Positions 1-13,863 of a stretch of DNA of 64,000 nt are shown here, one piece after another. A program made the position numbers and the translations under genes. The stretch is from Kudoa neothunni (lineage: Eukaryota > Animalia > Cnidaria), in the NCBI GenBank assembly GCA_964304625.1, contig OZ199839.1, positions 4,403,176-4,467,175 of the forward strand. Direction: 5' to 3'. Every line of letters begins with the position of its first letter. Position 1 is the stretch's first letter. Below the pieces are notes generated by a model. That model did not search any database and was not told the DNA's origin. It saw only the letters and a program-made list of their open reading frames with translations.

Positions 1-67
1 CCAAAAACCCAAGGTTAATAGAAAAATCCCGAGATCATAGGAAAAACCCCAAGGTTTGGACGCCCTG
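1..67. mobile_element. Terminus of a hAT-type element (rest lies upstream of the window)
   Basis: Ends in GTTTGGACGCCCTG (rc CAGGGCGTCCAAAC, hAT-like TIR), preceded by repeated subterminal AAAAACCC(C)AAG motifs. Confidence 0.5.
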
Positions 68-134
68 GGTGTGACCGACTTAACGCACTTTTTTCTTGGT
101 CCCGAGGGTGTTACATGATATTGGTTTCTTACTG
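68..134. mobile_element. Right terminus of a pogo/Tigger-type element
   Basis: TTCTTGGTCCCGAGGG...ATTGGTTTCTTACTG closely matches the right end of the Tigger element ending at 63105. Confidence 0.6.
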
Positions 135-1436
135 AATATAGATTATTGAGGTCAAACTAACGTCCGGAATTCCGTTAACTATAGTTTTTCCTTGTTTACA
201 ACAAATATTTTAATTAAAGAATTAATGATACACTTAACTTTTAAATCTAGTGGAATTTAAAGCAGCAAACGCCTAATGACATTGGAGAAAATGAATTCTA
301 AATCAGGTAATAAGGTAGGATTAAGCACCTACATGCATCCTTTTTGTGTGTCGTTTTCTCGCCTATACTTTTATGATAGGTTATTATAAGAAAAAACAAC
401 ACCGATGGCAAGAACTCAACTAATTATGGTTACTTCCTATTTGGCTACCAAGTCCTAAATACACGTGGTTAGTAGCACTTGTGAAATCTTCGTTAATTTC
501 TACGACCAATGGAAACCCAGTTTATCATCCCCATATTAACTTCCAGTTTAATTGTTCGATTTTAAAACATTTTTAATAATGTTCCTTATACGAAAGTATA
601 TGACCCTACCATTTAAATAAGGTTTGCACGTTTTATTACAAATTATCTTCTCTATCGTTTTTTATATCGACTATAAACTTTAAGAGCAAACGTTAGGATC
701 GATTCAGAATTTTTTTAGTTTATATATTTTTTCTCCAACTTATTTACAATCAAAAAAAATTACAAATTATTTTATCGCTAAAATTTTATCATTAAATTTT
801 TGTAGTGACAAGATAGTAAGGCTTTAATTCTATAACATTGAAAGTTCGTTAATAAAAATCATTAATTTATTTCCCCTGACTCATTTGTAAAAAAATTAAA
901 GTTGCAAGGAAAAAACTGCAATAAACAAAAATTTTATCAATATATAATTTCCAAATAATATGTTGGATATAACTAAGTATACGTATGTCGGAATAATTCA
1001 AATCGCACCTTCAATCATTTCCCTACAGTCTGATTAATGATAAAATCAATAAGCCAAACGAACCATTCAAGAATATATTATAATGACCACACCGTACATA
1101 TTTTGCATAAAACATCCTTGAGTTGACTATCCTAACCTAATGAGAGCCTGAAGTATCCAAAAAACAATTAATCTCAGCAGAAATACTAAGACATCCTCCC
1201 AATTTAGGAATGAAAACCATACCACGACAGAATTCATCGATATTAATTATATCGTGAGAAAACTACCATAGGATAAAATTTGAATTATGAAAGAAAAAAT
1301 TACGTAGAATAATAATTTATTAGCATCAAGCAACGCAAAAACAAATGAACAAAAATCTAACGAAAATAAACTAACGAGAACGTAATGTCATAACTTAGTT
1401 GGATCCAATGATTAACCAATAAATGTAATAGTAGAT

Positions 1437-3134
1437 TTAGATTTCGAGTTTGTTTCCACTGACCGATTGATTGAGTCCACGGAGAGTTCTGTCGCTACCA
1501 ATGCGAAGAATTCTCATGGTGTTGCTGAATCCGGGGCCATTTTGCCATCCACACACAAAGATAACGGTGGAGTCAGTTCTTACGAAACCGAGTTTTTTTG
1601 ATTGAACAATAGCATACTGGAGTCGTTCGGCAACATCATCTTCCCAAACTTTAAGTGGGGCACCAGGATGATGTAGAGGGAAAAGACCGCGACACAAATT
1701 GAGTTGTCTTACAACTCTGATATCTCTGCTCACAACAACAATAGGACATTTGGGTCTAAAATTGGAGATAAATTGGGCGGTTCTTCCAGATGTTGAAAAG
1801 ACAATAATAGCGTCAGCTTTCAGCTTGTAGGAAACGCTAGCAGCACACATAGCAACACCTTCAGATGGATTCATGTCAACTTTGGTATTTTTTATTTCTT
1901 CATATGTACGCTTGTAGAAAATAATATCTTCAGCTTCACGGCAGATTTTTCTCATTTTTTTAACAGCGATGGAGGGAAAATTTCCGTTTGCAGTCTCTCC
2001 AGACAACATAACACAGTCGGCTCCGTCAAGAACGGCGTTTCCAATATCGGATACCTCAGCACGAGTAGGTCTTCTATTGACGATCATGGATTCCATCATT
2101 TGGGTGGCACAAATAACTGGTTTGTTGCGGTAGTTACATTTGGCAATGATCATTTTTTGGGCTGCAACAACCTTGGACAAAGGCAAATCCATACCAAGAT
2201 CTCCTCTGGCAACCATAATACCATCACTAGCCTCAATGATTTCGTCGATGTTTTTAACTCCCTCGAAGTTTTCAATTTTTGATACGATTTTGATTTTGTC
2301 ACCATTGGGTTTGGTTTGAAGCAATTTTCTGATTTCTTTGACGTTATCAGCATTTCTGATGAACGAAGCAAAGATAATATCGAGATCCATATCGGCAGCA
2401 AACAAAACATCTTTCTTATCTTTCTCGGCAAGAGCAGGCAAATCAACAGAAACACCAGGAAGGCAACAATTTTTTCTGCTTCCAAAAGTAGCACCACATG
2501 TAACCTCACATTCAACTTCGTTTTCAAACGTGATTCGCTTGCATTTCAAGATAGCAGTACCATCAGCAATAAGAATTTTTTGTCCTACTTTACAATCCCT
2601 TGGTAGTCCCTTGTAATCGATGTAGATTTTTTCAGCAGTACATTTATCCTTAAACTCTTCGTTCGTAGTCAAGATAACGGTGGAATCATTTACCAATGTG
2701 ATAGATTGATTTCCAACAGTGAGACCTGTTCTAATTTCTGGTCCCTTGGTGTCGAGTGCAATACCCACACATCTAGGATAAATTTCTGTGGAAACTTCTC
2801 GGATATTTTTTATAAGGTTGGCATGAAAATCATGATCACCATGAGAGAAGTTCAATCGAGCAATCTTCATTCCTGATGAAATAAGTGCTTTGATCTGGTC
2901 CACCGACATACATTTTGGGCCAATAGTACATATTATCTGAGTACCACATGAAGCTCTGGGCTTAGAAAACACATCCAACTCGCTGAAAAACTCAATACAA
3001 GAAGAAGCACGGTCAGCCAATTCGTAGTTGTGTTGAGCAACAGATGTGTGATTAACTTCCTACATTAACATATATATGAGAAAAGTGGCACAATACAATG
3101 AGCTTTAACGTACGTTTCCTTTAGTTGGTGTCAT
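1437..3134 (-). CDS. PKM: Pyruvate kinase; 2 exons (3134-3114, 3059-1437), 54-nt intron
   Basis: Motifs TQIICTIGP, ARLNFSHG, ALDTKGPEIRTG, KIEN, DGIMVARGDLG, CATQMMESM..PTRAE, DCVMLSGETA. A GT-AG intron at 3113-3060 joins MTPTKGN in frame to EVNHTS...ADRASS. Confidence 0.97.
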
Positions 3135-4931
3135 TGGTAACCGACTCACAATCAATACTAAGTAGTAATCAGTACTTGGATTTAGTTCTTACTAGCGATT
3201 TCGTATCACGAGGTTTTAATGCTATTCATCATTGTCATTATGCATAATGTTTAATAAATATTGCTGATAATAATCGGCGTAAGCCACAACTCGGCTAATT
3301 AAATATTCATTCATATAAATATTAGGTTAAAATTTATTTATTTTGAATCTAAAGTTTAGGGCACACATTAGAAATACTCATAACTTGGAGGCGTGATTTT
3401 AATCTGTTCGAAAGTAGTATTAATCCGTAAAAAGTTAATCGAGTTTTTAACTAAATGGCTATCCTCTTAATGTGGGTCCTATCCGCAACTTATTTATCAA
3501 AACTTCTATGACGCCAACCTAATTTTTACGAATACTGCACTAATAATTTTACCTTCTGAGAAACGAACATTTTTTTAACAAAAGTGATAATCCGCAGGGA
3601 ATCATGTTAATTTATGACCTTATCCATGGAATATGAATCGCTTATACAAATCACGAATATGATATTATACTGTTACAGCTTTACTAAAGGTAACCGCCAA
3701 TACGAAATCTACATATCGAACAGATAAATACAATTATTCCATACTTGTAAAAAAATATTAATATTTTTTTCTATTGAGTAGTTGTTGAATTATTTAATGG
3801 GCATCTTATTGTGTTTTTGTTGTTCTTTTATTTAATCAGATTTTTAATATCCATCACAATGGATTACTAATGATGTTTATCGTATTAACCCTTAAGGACT
3901 TAGGTCACTAAGGTGTCGGCTTTATCTGCAAGTTGGTAGTATAAATATTTTAACGCTTTCACGGTCGTGTCAATCTCCACCAACCTAAAGGAACCTTACA
4001 ATAATGAATTACTCGTACATAACACTATTCGTATGCGTATTATGTGTTGTGTTGTAAATAATTTTCTTATTAATAATATATTAAAAATTCTAACAATTAA
4101 ATCATTCGTCCCACATAATTTTCAAGTATACAATAGTGTATTGATGTAACGCAGAAATTGGCAAGATGAAAACCATTGTGTCGCATCCATTTTTGCGCTG
4201 GACACCGTCGAATAGCGCATGCGTTCGGCCAAAAATAACGGGTTTCCGTCGATAATATAATCAATAATGAATTAATTTGAAGCAAAAATTAACTTGTATA
4301 TTTTTTCGTATTAAAATAACGTTCTAGATTTTATGTTCTGTAAAAGCTGTTCAAATATTGAGTCAGCTTTTTCAAGTTCGGTTTATATGGTCAAGCATTG
4401 ACAAAATCTTATTCAGAAGGAGTTTTCTAACTTTTCTCAATTAATATAATTCTTCTTGGTTTGATATAATAATTTTATCCATATAATCAGAGTCGTCATC
4501 AATCTTACCAAATTCAGGAAAATCTGATGTTGTCGAAATATCAGAGATGTCGATTATGTCGCTTTCAAGAGTTTCTTCAATAGGATTTGTTAATTTTAGT
4601 GATTTTTCCCCTTCAAACAGCTCAATTATGTTATGTTTAAATTGATCATCATCGGAATCATCATCTAATGGATTTTCAGAGAGGAAAAATGATTTCCTAA
4701 AGCAGTTAACTATGGCTTCCCTTTTCAATGTAATCCCATATTTTGATTGTCGAATGAATAACATACAAAACATTAGCTACAATGTAGCCAATATCTTGAA
4801 ATTCGATCTGATATATGAATGACGTCATTAGATTTCTTTTGTGCATCATTATAAAGCTTTAACAATTCCATTATCCAATGGCTGAAGCACGCTGGTTGTG
4901 TTAGAAGAAAAGTAGCAGTGTTACATTAGAC

Positions 4932-6172
4932 CAGGGGTGGACAACGGACAACCTGCGGCTGTTTGGGCTGTTTAAGGTCATAAGTGCGGTTCCCCACCTT
5001 ACGCGCATAATATAAACTACAATATCTAAGGTTAAAACGCGAATAAATTATATAATTACTAATTGATGAACTCATTATTACGCTCAAATTTTGAATTTTC
5101 ATCAGACAATTTATTTTTTAATGGAAATAGATGGGTATTAAAAAAATGTGATACTCCAATTTCACCGATTTGAACTAATTATCTTAATTTGCAATTTAGA
5201 AGTTAAATATAGAAAGAAAAGATTCAGCGAATACAAATAACTCATGAATAATAAAAATTCCTCATGGAACATTGTTCTATGCATATGCAATTATTAACGA
5301 GACACAATAACTCCAAGTGTTCTCAATTTTATCTACGGTTTTATTGCATAAATTTTTTTTATCATTATTCAAAATTTCTCCTTAATTAAAAGGTTATTAT
5401 TAAACTAAAACTATTTAAAAATAAACTTTACGATCATTATACAAAATACATCTTATCTGTTTATATGCAAACTTTGTTTAAACCTTTAAATTAGACTCAT
5501 GAAAGTGTTGATAGTTTTCCCAGTTTATACATTTTGTTGAGTCAACTTTTTTACATAAAAAATAGTTATATATATATTTTTTCATTAAATGTTATCCATT
5601 AGAAAGAATTCTCTTGTAATATTAAACGTTCTTCAGTTTTAATACAAAGAAAACTCCATATAAAATGTCGTTTAACTTATTAAATTCAGGAAAATACACT
5701 AGAAAGTAAGTAATTCTTTCAATTTGAAAAGATTAAATTATATGGTTGAAATTTTCTTTTTGTTGACAATAATAATCATGAAAGTGAATTTGTATCGTAT
5801 ATTTGTTGAATAGAGATCAATGGTAAAATTTCTAATTCATCATAATGGAAATTATCGAAAATGAAATTACAATATTACTTGAGGTAATAAGACAAATTCA
5901 AGTGCATACTTCTATTATTCTTGTTATTTCTCCATGCATTAAAATACTAATGATAAAAATAATAGGTTAATTAGTTTTTAGAAAAACGCGTAGATACATT
6001 AACTGGATTATTTCCTCCAAATTTTTTTGAAATGTACGTATTCATGGTTTAAAAGTTAAATGTTTTGACTTTCAAGTCTAAATTTAATATGCGACTCTGG
6101 GAATAGAAAAAATTTCCCCCGCCATCAATAATTGGCTCCTCCGGCGACATCGGTTGCCGACCCCTGCCCCTG
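4932..6172. mobile_element. Non-autonomous hAT (Buster-like) element
   Basis: TIRs CAGGGGTGGACAAC / GTTGCCGACCCCTG. Degenerate 8-bp TSD cattagac / cattattc with central TA. No intact ORF. Confidence 0.75.
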
Positions 6173-6310
6173 CATTATTCAAATATTTTTGGTGGGCTAA
6201 GAAATAGTCGAGAAATAGTAAAAAAATTATCTTAGAAATAATGAGTTGCCTGTTATATTTTTCAAGAAAGTACACAAAAATGTAACTGGTCATTTAGGCC
6301 TTTTTATTAT

Positions 6311-7650
6311 GGTAGTGTCTTTTGGTCTGGCAGATAAGTTTTATGATCGTTTTGCCTTTTTCACCATAAAAAACAAAATAAGATTTGTTATTTTATGATT
6401 ATTATATTACAACGTTTAAAAACGTACATTCGATATGGTAGTCGTTCCAGTTGGGAAGTCTTACCGATATTGCTTGTTTATGTTATTCAGATTTTATTAT
6501 TTTATGTAGCATTGTATTGTTTTATTTTTCGAGTAGATTTATGAAAAATCGATTAATTAGCCATAGTATCAACATAATGTTGTAACGTTGTATTTTATGG
6601 AACTTATATATAGGATAGCGTTGTTATACATACAAGATGAACAGCGCCGATGGTGGATTAGAAGATAGTGATATTAACACTGAAAAGAATAGTTTTTTAA
6701 CGTTAGTGATATATTTTGTCACTTTTCGGAGTTTAAATTGAGAATCTAACAGTTCGAATATCAGAGAAAAAATAATATTTCCGTATTAAATCGCAAAGTC
6801 ATTGAGAGCGCACAAAAATGATATGTTCGAGTATTATAATGTCACATGAAATAATATCGGTAATATTATTGAATGATTTAAATAATAGAGTAAATACTCT
6901 TTCTGTTTTCAGTAGAACTTGTTATAAGGCGGATTTGTTAGGAAGTATCGTTTTTAAATTAACTTCTAAAATTTTAATAAGTTTCTATAATTATGTTATC
7001 TTACATGTAACCATCATTATATACGCTCAGCGTTTAAGAATATTCTATCATAATTAATATATTTTTTTTAGAAAGTAAATGAAAATGTTTAACTACTTTA
7101 TTGGGACATTAAAAATGTTTATTTTAATTAAATAATTAATATAATTTTTAGATATAAATATGTTAAACTACTTTGCTGCTTGACCAAATAAATTATTTGT
7201 ATATTAAGCATCGTGTGAACTAGATCTTTAGTATTATTTTATTGAAAATAAATATTGATAAATTATCGGACTGATATAAACAATATTCTCTTATTTTTAA
7301 AAATAAGGTAAAATACATTTGATCACCATTACTTGTAAGCGCGCTTTAAAGGTCAGTATAACACAAGTTAAGTTATCAGAATATATAAATATGAAGTTTA
7401 AATTTTTATGGGATAATTAAACTTAATGAACTCTTTGATTCAAAAATATAACGTTTCATAAGTTTAACCGTAAAAATCTTGATGTTATCCGTTTCTAAAT
7501 AGGGTCTTCTACATATTCTTCAATCAAACATAATTTTTAGATATATTTATCATTGAAATGTTATTTATAATGTTAAATTTTATGGTATACCAACTTAACG
7601 TAAATTTATAAAACACGCAACGCTAATCTGTCAGACCAACAGTCACTGCC
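6311..7650 (+). mobile_element. Internally deleted Mutator (MULE) derivative related to the 18360-22474 element
   Basis: TIR GGTAGTGTCTTTTGGTCTGGCAGAT / ATCTGTCAGACCAACAGTCACTGCC; exact 8-bp TSD tttattat. First ~500 bp and last ~450 bp are visibly homologous to the ends of the larger MULE. Confidence 0.85.
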
Positions 7651-7858
7651 TTTATTATTGTCCTATTCTATTGGCAAATTTTTACATCGCTTAGAGCTTA
7701 GTATCTTTATTATATGATATGAATTCGTAAAACTTTATAATTTCGAGTTTTTTGATAACGTATGGTGACTTTCTTCGCTAAACTTGACGTTCCATCCATT
7801 ATTTTTTGCAAAGATCAGATATGCGCTGCGCTCGAGCCATTTTTGCGTTAGATCCATA

Positions 7859-8152
7859 CAGTAACTTTTCAACGCTAGTATTTTGTTGAAACCAATTATT
7901 TACGTTTGAATTAAAATAAAACAAGTAGCAAACAAGTAAATTTTTACAAATTGCGTTTAAGCCATATTGCGTACGACACAAAATGTATAAAAACCATTTA
8001 AAATGAAATTTTTCTAAATCAAATTTAAGAAAGATGTTTCTAATGTTGTTAAGTTTATATTATGTGAGTTAAATTTTCTGGATATTGATTAATTTATATT
8101 TCATTGCGATATTACATACGATGCTTAATTGCCCACGACCCATAAGTTACTG
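7859..8152. mobile_element. Probable Tc1/pogo-type MITE
   Basis: TA-CAGTAACTT ... AAGTTACTG-TA; short TIR only. Confidence 0.45.
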
Positions 8153-8352
8153 TATAAAAATTCATTAAGAAAGTTTTCTACATGTTTTTATGTAAAATCG
8201 TCCAAACCTTATGATGAATATAAAAGAATAATTTTAGTTTTTAGATTATAAAAAAATTGGATGTGTGAATTGCATTTAGTATTTTTTAATTTCTGGTGAC
8301 AGAAATCACTAATGTCGTGCTTCGATATAGCTTTACTCGGTATTTCATAGTA

Positions 8353-11300
8353 CAGTGGGTGACGGATAATCCGCACTTTTTACCTTTAGCGTAAATTACG
8401 CGTATTTTGAATTTAATTTTCTCATCTATTTATACTGATGTAATAATTAAAACTTATAGTATCTCATAAAAACGCAATTATTGGCCCATTGTTGGGTAAT
8501 CGACACCTTTTTCTATGCTGTCGCCTCGAAAATCCTCACCGATTTCAGCCTGCTTAGTAACATGACCGGAAAGAAATCTCATAAATGGCGCACAATGAAT
8601 AAAAAATATGCCATATTGAATTATTTTGAGAGTCAACCCCCTCAAGGAACAAACGCCAGACTGTTAAACATTTAAATCTTAAATCTATATCTACATTAAA
8701 TAGTATATTGTCAAAGAAAGTTGAGATTAAACAAGCTGTTGAAAGTGGACTGGCGAAAAAAGTCGTGTAATATTAAAGCAAGGTTCAAACAAAGAAAGAG
8801 ATCAGCAGGTACATGAGAGGATTTCATGGATGAGATCAAAAAATGTTGAGCTCTCTTCAGCGGGAATAATTGCCAAACGAAATGAAATACAAAAAGAAGT
8901 TAATAAAGACGCTGAAGATGTTAGCTACGGTTGGTTCCGTGGTTTCAAAGAGAGGTTTAATTTGCGCAGATTAAACTTTCACGGAGAAGAGAATATTGTT
9001 GAAACAAAAACTATCGATGAATGGAACTTGCGGTTGAAAGAAATCTTGAAGAATTATAAAGCTGAACAAGTTTATAATCTGGATGAGACAGCTTTATTTT
9101 ATCAGCAGCACCCAAGTATGACCAATGAAACCTAAGTCAATCAGGATATATTATTTTGTTAAATTTTTTATTTAGTAAGAAGTTATGTTCTTTCTAACGA
9201 GACAACTGCTAAATGCTCTAAACGATCAAAAAAAAGGGTCACACTTTTACTAGGTTCCTCAACGTTAGACGAAAAACTTGAACCGATTGTAATTGGTCAT
9301 TATGCTCATCCAATATGTTTTAAAAATCTAACGCAAACACCAGTCACATATTATTCAAACAAAAAAGCTTGGATGACTTCTGATATATTCACCAATTATT
9401 TAATCAAATTAAATAACAATCTCAAAAAACAAAACAAGAAAATATTAATATTTCTTGATAATGCTAGTTGTCATCCACCGCTAGAGTTATCCAATATCGA
9501 GTTAATTTTTTTCCCTAGAAACACCACGTCAGTATTACAACCCATGGATCAGGGGTGTTATTAATTCATTCAAGTCCGTTTACAAAAGACATGATACAAA
9601 GATCAACTTTTTTTAATTGAAAATTCCATTGAATTGAAACCCCTGAATATTCTAGATGCATTAGTGTCGATTAAAGGGTCATGGGAAGATATAACAAGAC
9701 AAACTATATCTAATTGTTTTAAAAAGGCAGGATTTATTTTTTGAAACTTGTGGTAAATTGACCATAATACGGTTTTTATTAAAAAATATCATTTAGAAAC
9801 GAAAGAAAGTAAAGAAGAGTCTTTGGTCACATCGGCTGAAGATAATTGCTCTGATTTCCTTGAATCTATAAATGAAGAAAATCTCATTAGAGTCTGCGAA
9901 TATGATGGAAATTTTGAGAATAAAAGTGTTAATACTCCAGACATAATGGAAAACTCATCCGATTCCGATTGCGTGGAAAACCATGAAGAATCTTATAGTT
10001 CAAAAGATGCTTTCAAACGCCTCGAATACCTTAAAGGTTATTTTACAAAAAATGATTCTAATGTATGTAAATACTTACATATACTCGAGGAAAAAATCTT
10101 TGCAATCTCAGCAAAAAAATCAAAAACAAACTAAAATTACAAGCTTTTTTAAAAAGAAGATAAAATAATACCTTTACAGGAGGATAATTAATCAGGCACG
10201 TGCCGTGGGTAATTGCTCGGGGTAGGCAGCCGCTGCCTTGGTACAAGAAAATTGCAACTATTTATATCTGTATATAGGAAACTAAAAAATATCTAAACTA
10301 TAAATAATTTTTTAAGGAAATTAGGTTTGGATTTAATATTTTAAGAAATATTGTTCAATAAATTTTTTAATAACTTTTTACCGGGAATTGTAATTCTTAG
10401 GTTGAATTTGTAGACTAAAGACAAAAACATTAAAAGTATATATAGAATTTTTCAGGATTTTGAAATGTTTATTTGAGTAAATTTATTGCTTATGCGTGAG
10501 AACGCAATTAATTTAAATTCTATCGATTTATTGGGAATATGGACGTCTCTTTATCAAATTAAATAGGCTACAATAACAATCGAACGATATATTTTTATAT
10601 TTTAACGATTTATATATCAAGAAATTAATAATACTTCATTCTTATATAATTATTATGGAGATCATATCTAGTTAACGCTATAAAACATTCTTTATTTAAA
10701 TTTGCAACCCTGTTCTATGATACGTAAACATCTAAATTAGCTAATAAAGAGATTCTTTTACAATATTTTAGAATCCAAACCAACAATGTCTCGATAGGAC
10801 AAAATAAAGCGGATAAATTATTGATATATGTTAAAATTATAAAAATATTTGAAAGTTGGGTCTTGTTCCATCCTGTTAAGTCTTTCTTTTTCAACCGATA
10901 TTAATGCAAGGGAAGGAAAGCCGTTGGTTTGCCATCCTGTTTCTTGTGTAGCTTTTAATTCGTTTCAACGCAGAAAACGACCTTTCTACAGAAACGGTTG
11001 TTGCTTGCAGGAATCGTTAAAATTAATTGTAACAATTTGACAACTTCAGGAAATGTTTGGTCCAGTTGATTTTGGAAGATAAAATCGAGCAATGTTGTAT
11101 GGGACTTTTTCAATGAATACATGTGCATTATAAATTCCTGCCAAATCAGCTTTCAGTCTTTAAAACGTCCAAAAAATTTTCCATAATTCCTTTGCAGGCT
11201 TTCAAGAGCGCTCGTGTCAACTTGACATGATAAATTGTCAAAGTTATTTACATTAAGTCAATGAAATGAAACTTGAGATTTTCGACATCATTAAATCTCG

Positions 11301-13574
11301 TTCCCAGATTCTTTACTATATCACTGGCTATTGTATCAAATAATCTCGCTCTTTCATTTTTTATGTCACATTGAGGGCGAAGGATGGATCTAATTAAAGT
11401 TCATTTTTCTTGGCAATATTTTTCGAACTTATAATACAATAATTCAAATTTTGTGTGCATACTCCTCAAGTGTTGTTATTGTAACATTGATCCTTTCAAT
11501 ACAATACGCAATGTCTATCATTTTCGTCTGCAATATATTGAAGAGCGCGTCAGTTAACACGAAAATTTCATTGTATATCATCAGTAAAAAGTATGTTGAG
11601 TCGTTTTTTAGCCAATTGTAAAGTCCATTACTTCGAAGTAAAGTGTCTGAATCCCATAATGAGGGATTGCTGTTCATATTGTAGAAAAGTTTGCAAAGAT
11701 CATCGTGATACTCTAATATCATCTGCACCAACTTTGAATTTGAATTCCATCTCGTTGCCGCTGCTGTTGGAATGCGTCTCCGCACAATTTCATCAAGAAA
11801 TTGAACCCGTTTAGTTGAATTTTTGAAAAAGGAGAAAGTGCTTCATTGGTCTTGAAAAAACTCGTACAATCAGGGATAAATTTGGCCGATTGTGACAACA
11901 CAAGATTTAACTTATGGGCGTAACAGTGAGTAAACAGCGCGGTCGATATCTTTTGTCTAACTTTCGACTGAACTCCATTTTAAATGGCGAGGCCATAGCT
12001 ATCGCTCCATCATACGTTTGTGCGATTAATTTCTCTTCAATGTTGTATTTATATATGTTTTTAAATACGCATTCCGTTACACCATCCGCTGTTCTGTCAC
12101 GTAGAATATCAAATCCAATGAAAACATCCTTAATTTTTGATCCCAATACGTATCTCAATATTGTCGAACATTGAGATGTGCATGAGATATCGGTCGTCTC
12201 ATCCACTTCTATCGCAACGAGCGGAGCCTGTGCTAATTCCTCTTTAATATTATTCTCCAAAACCATCTTTATAGCCTCAATCAGATCATTTTGAATCCTG
12301 TTGGAAATACCAGAAGACTGATGAATTCTGTAAGTGACAAGATAATTTTTCGTCGAATTTTGCGGTATAACTCAACAACTCCAAATAATTACCACGATTT
12401 AAGGACAGTTTGTGTTCATGATCACCGCGGAAAGCAAGTTCTTGTTTAATCAAAAAGCAAACTGCACGGATCAATGTTTTCAATATCTCTCTGTTATCCT
12501 TAACATTTTTATTGTGAAGTTCAATCGAAATATTTTTCTGTTTATCAAGGGAGACAATCTACTCGTACAGATCCAAATGTTTTCCATGAAACTTGACTTT
12601 GATAGTGTGTGTTGCGGATCGCTCATGTTTATTTAAAAGCGATTGGCAAATTATTCAAGTCGAAATATCCTTCTTTGATCCACACACTTTCACTAGTCAC
12701 TGAAAAAAAGCAAACAAGGGAAGCAAAAAAGCCTTATTGTTGTAGCACGCCCACATAACCACTCTTTTTTTCTCATACCATGAAGTATTAAACGTCCTGA
12801 TAATTGTCTTACCTTTCAGTTGTTTAAGTTCTTTAAGATCAGGTGTCGGTCTACCATTACTTATAATTTGTAATTTATCTTCATAAGAAAGTTTTGAAAA
12901 CTCTTTAAGATATCCGATATCCATATTTGAAGAGATTAAGTAAGATTAACAGAGGCGCGGGCTCTTCTTACAAGTAGGACAATAATTAGTATTAACTTTG
13001 GGCGATATTCCCAGTATAGTTGTCATATAGATTATCGTATTTTAAAAAATTACCTTTAATTAAAATTAAGAAAAAATTTGAAGAAACAGAACAATTTATT
13101 TGAATTAATAATGCACGCGCAACTGGAATATTTTAGAAAGATCACGTGACTCAACCGCAGGCAGAATTTATACTGCCTACGGTCGGCCATTAAAAACGCA
13201 GTGATGCGCAGAATGATGCGGCACGTGCTAGTCACGAAATTTTACATGGATTTTATATAACGATTAGAAGGCAGAGACGACTTGTGCCTATCTTGCTACT
13301 AATACCTCGAATTTTTTTCTAGCTTTATAATAATATTTAAATAATTATTGTAGTTTTGAGATAAAAGGAATTTTATCTTTAAAAATTAGTTAATTTTTCC
13401 CCAAATTTTTATTCATCAAGGTAGGCACTGCCTACCTTGCCTACCCTGACAGCACGTGCCTGTAATTAATGTTCAATGCGCATGCGCCAAAAGTGTCGAT
13501 TATCCACCACTGCCGGATAATCGACACTTTTCCTCCAGTCCCATAGGGATTACGTTTTACCCGTCCACCCACTG
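8353..13574 (+). mobile_element. pogo/Tigger DNA transposon (frameshifted, intron-containing transposase ~8560-10134) with nested hAT
   Basis: TIRs CAGTGGGTGACGGATAA / TTACCCGTCCACCCACTG with TA flanks. CENP-B HTH (GWFRGFKERF..FHGE), YNLDETALFY, NKKAWMTS, FLDNASCH, LQPMDQG. Confidence 0.93.
10193..13462 (-). mobile_element. hAT transposon (Tip100/ZMYM1-like, DUF4371 type), frameshifted transposase ~12924-10800
   Basis: TIR CAGGCACGTGC / GCACGTGCCTG; exact 8-bp TSD taattaat. Motifs QELAFRGDHE..NRGNYLELL, VDETTDIS, QTYDGA..M, ATRWNS. Confidence 0.93.
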
Positions 13575-13751
13575 TAACTCTATATCTCGTTAATTTTTTA
13601 ATCGATTATAAATTTGGATACTGCTAAATAATAATTACATTAATATCTCGTAAAATACGTGTAAAAATATTTATGAATAAAAAAATTTAATATGAAATTG
13701 CTCAGTACTGCCAAGTAATTCCATATTGAGCAGTAATTCTAGAGCCCAGAA

Positions 13752-13863
13752 ATCCCGTTTTGATTCGACATTACGTGGTAAATTTGACCATGTCAAGGAT
13801 ACAGAATGATCCCGTTTGATTCGACATTACGTGGTAATTTGACCATGTCAAGGATACAGAATG
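13752..13863. repeat. Tandem duplication of a ~56-bp unit
   Basis: Two copies of ATCCCGTTT(T)GATTCGACATTACGTGGTAA(A)TTTGACCATGTCAAGGATACAGAATG differing only in homopolymer length. Confidence 0.9.

Larger units (their letters stand above)
4287..7760 (-). mobile_element. Decayed pogo/Tigger transposase interrupted by two nested insertions
   Basis: Removing 4932-6172 and 6311-7650 rejoins RCKNLPIE*DNNKKA*MTSYIF...LLFLDYFLAH...SNTTSVLQPLDNGIVKAL...IVNCFRKS, the DDE_1 Tigger signature. Outer boundaries approximate. Confidence 0.8.

Noticed and set aside
1040-1240. Retroviral protease-like fragment (INCFLDTSGS) on the minus strand
   Set aside because: Single weak motif with a nearby stop; not supportable.
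2100-2616. Overlapping short ORFs within pyruvate kinase (likewise those within CHD1, AP2A, the sulfatase, piggyBac and the integrase)
   Set aside because: Antisense or alternate-frame shadows of real coding sequence with no independent motifs.
3885-3920. TTAA-CCC piggyBac-like end
   Set aside because: No matching opposite TIR found.
13752-13863. CRISPR-like repeat
   Set aside because: Two abutting copies, no spacers, no cas genes, eukaryotic context.
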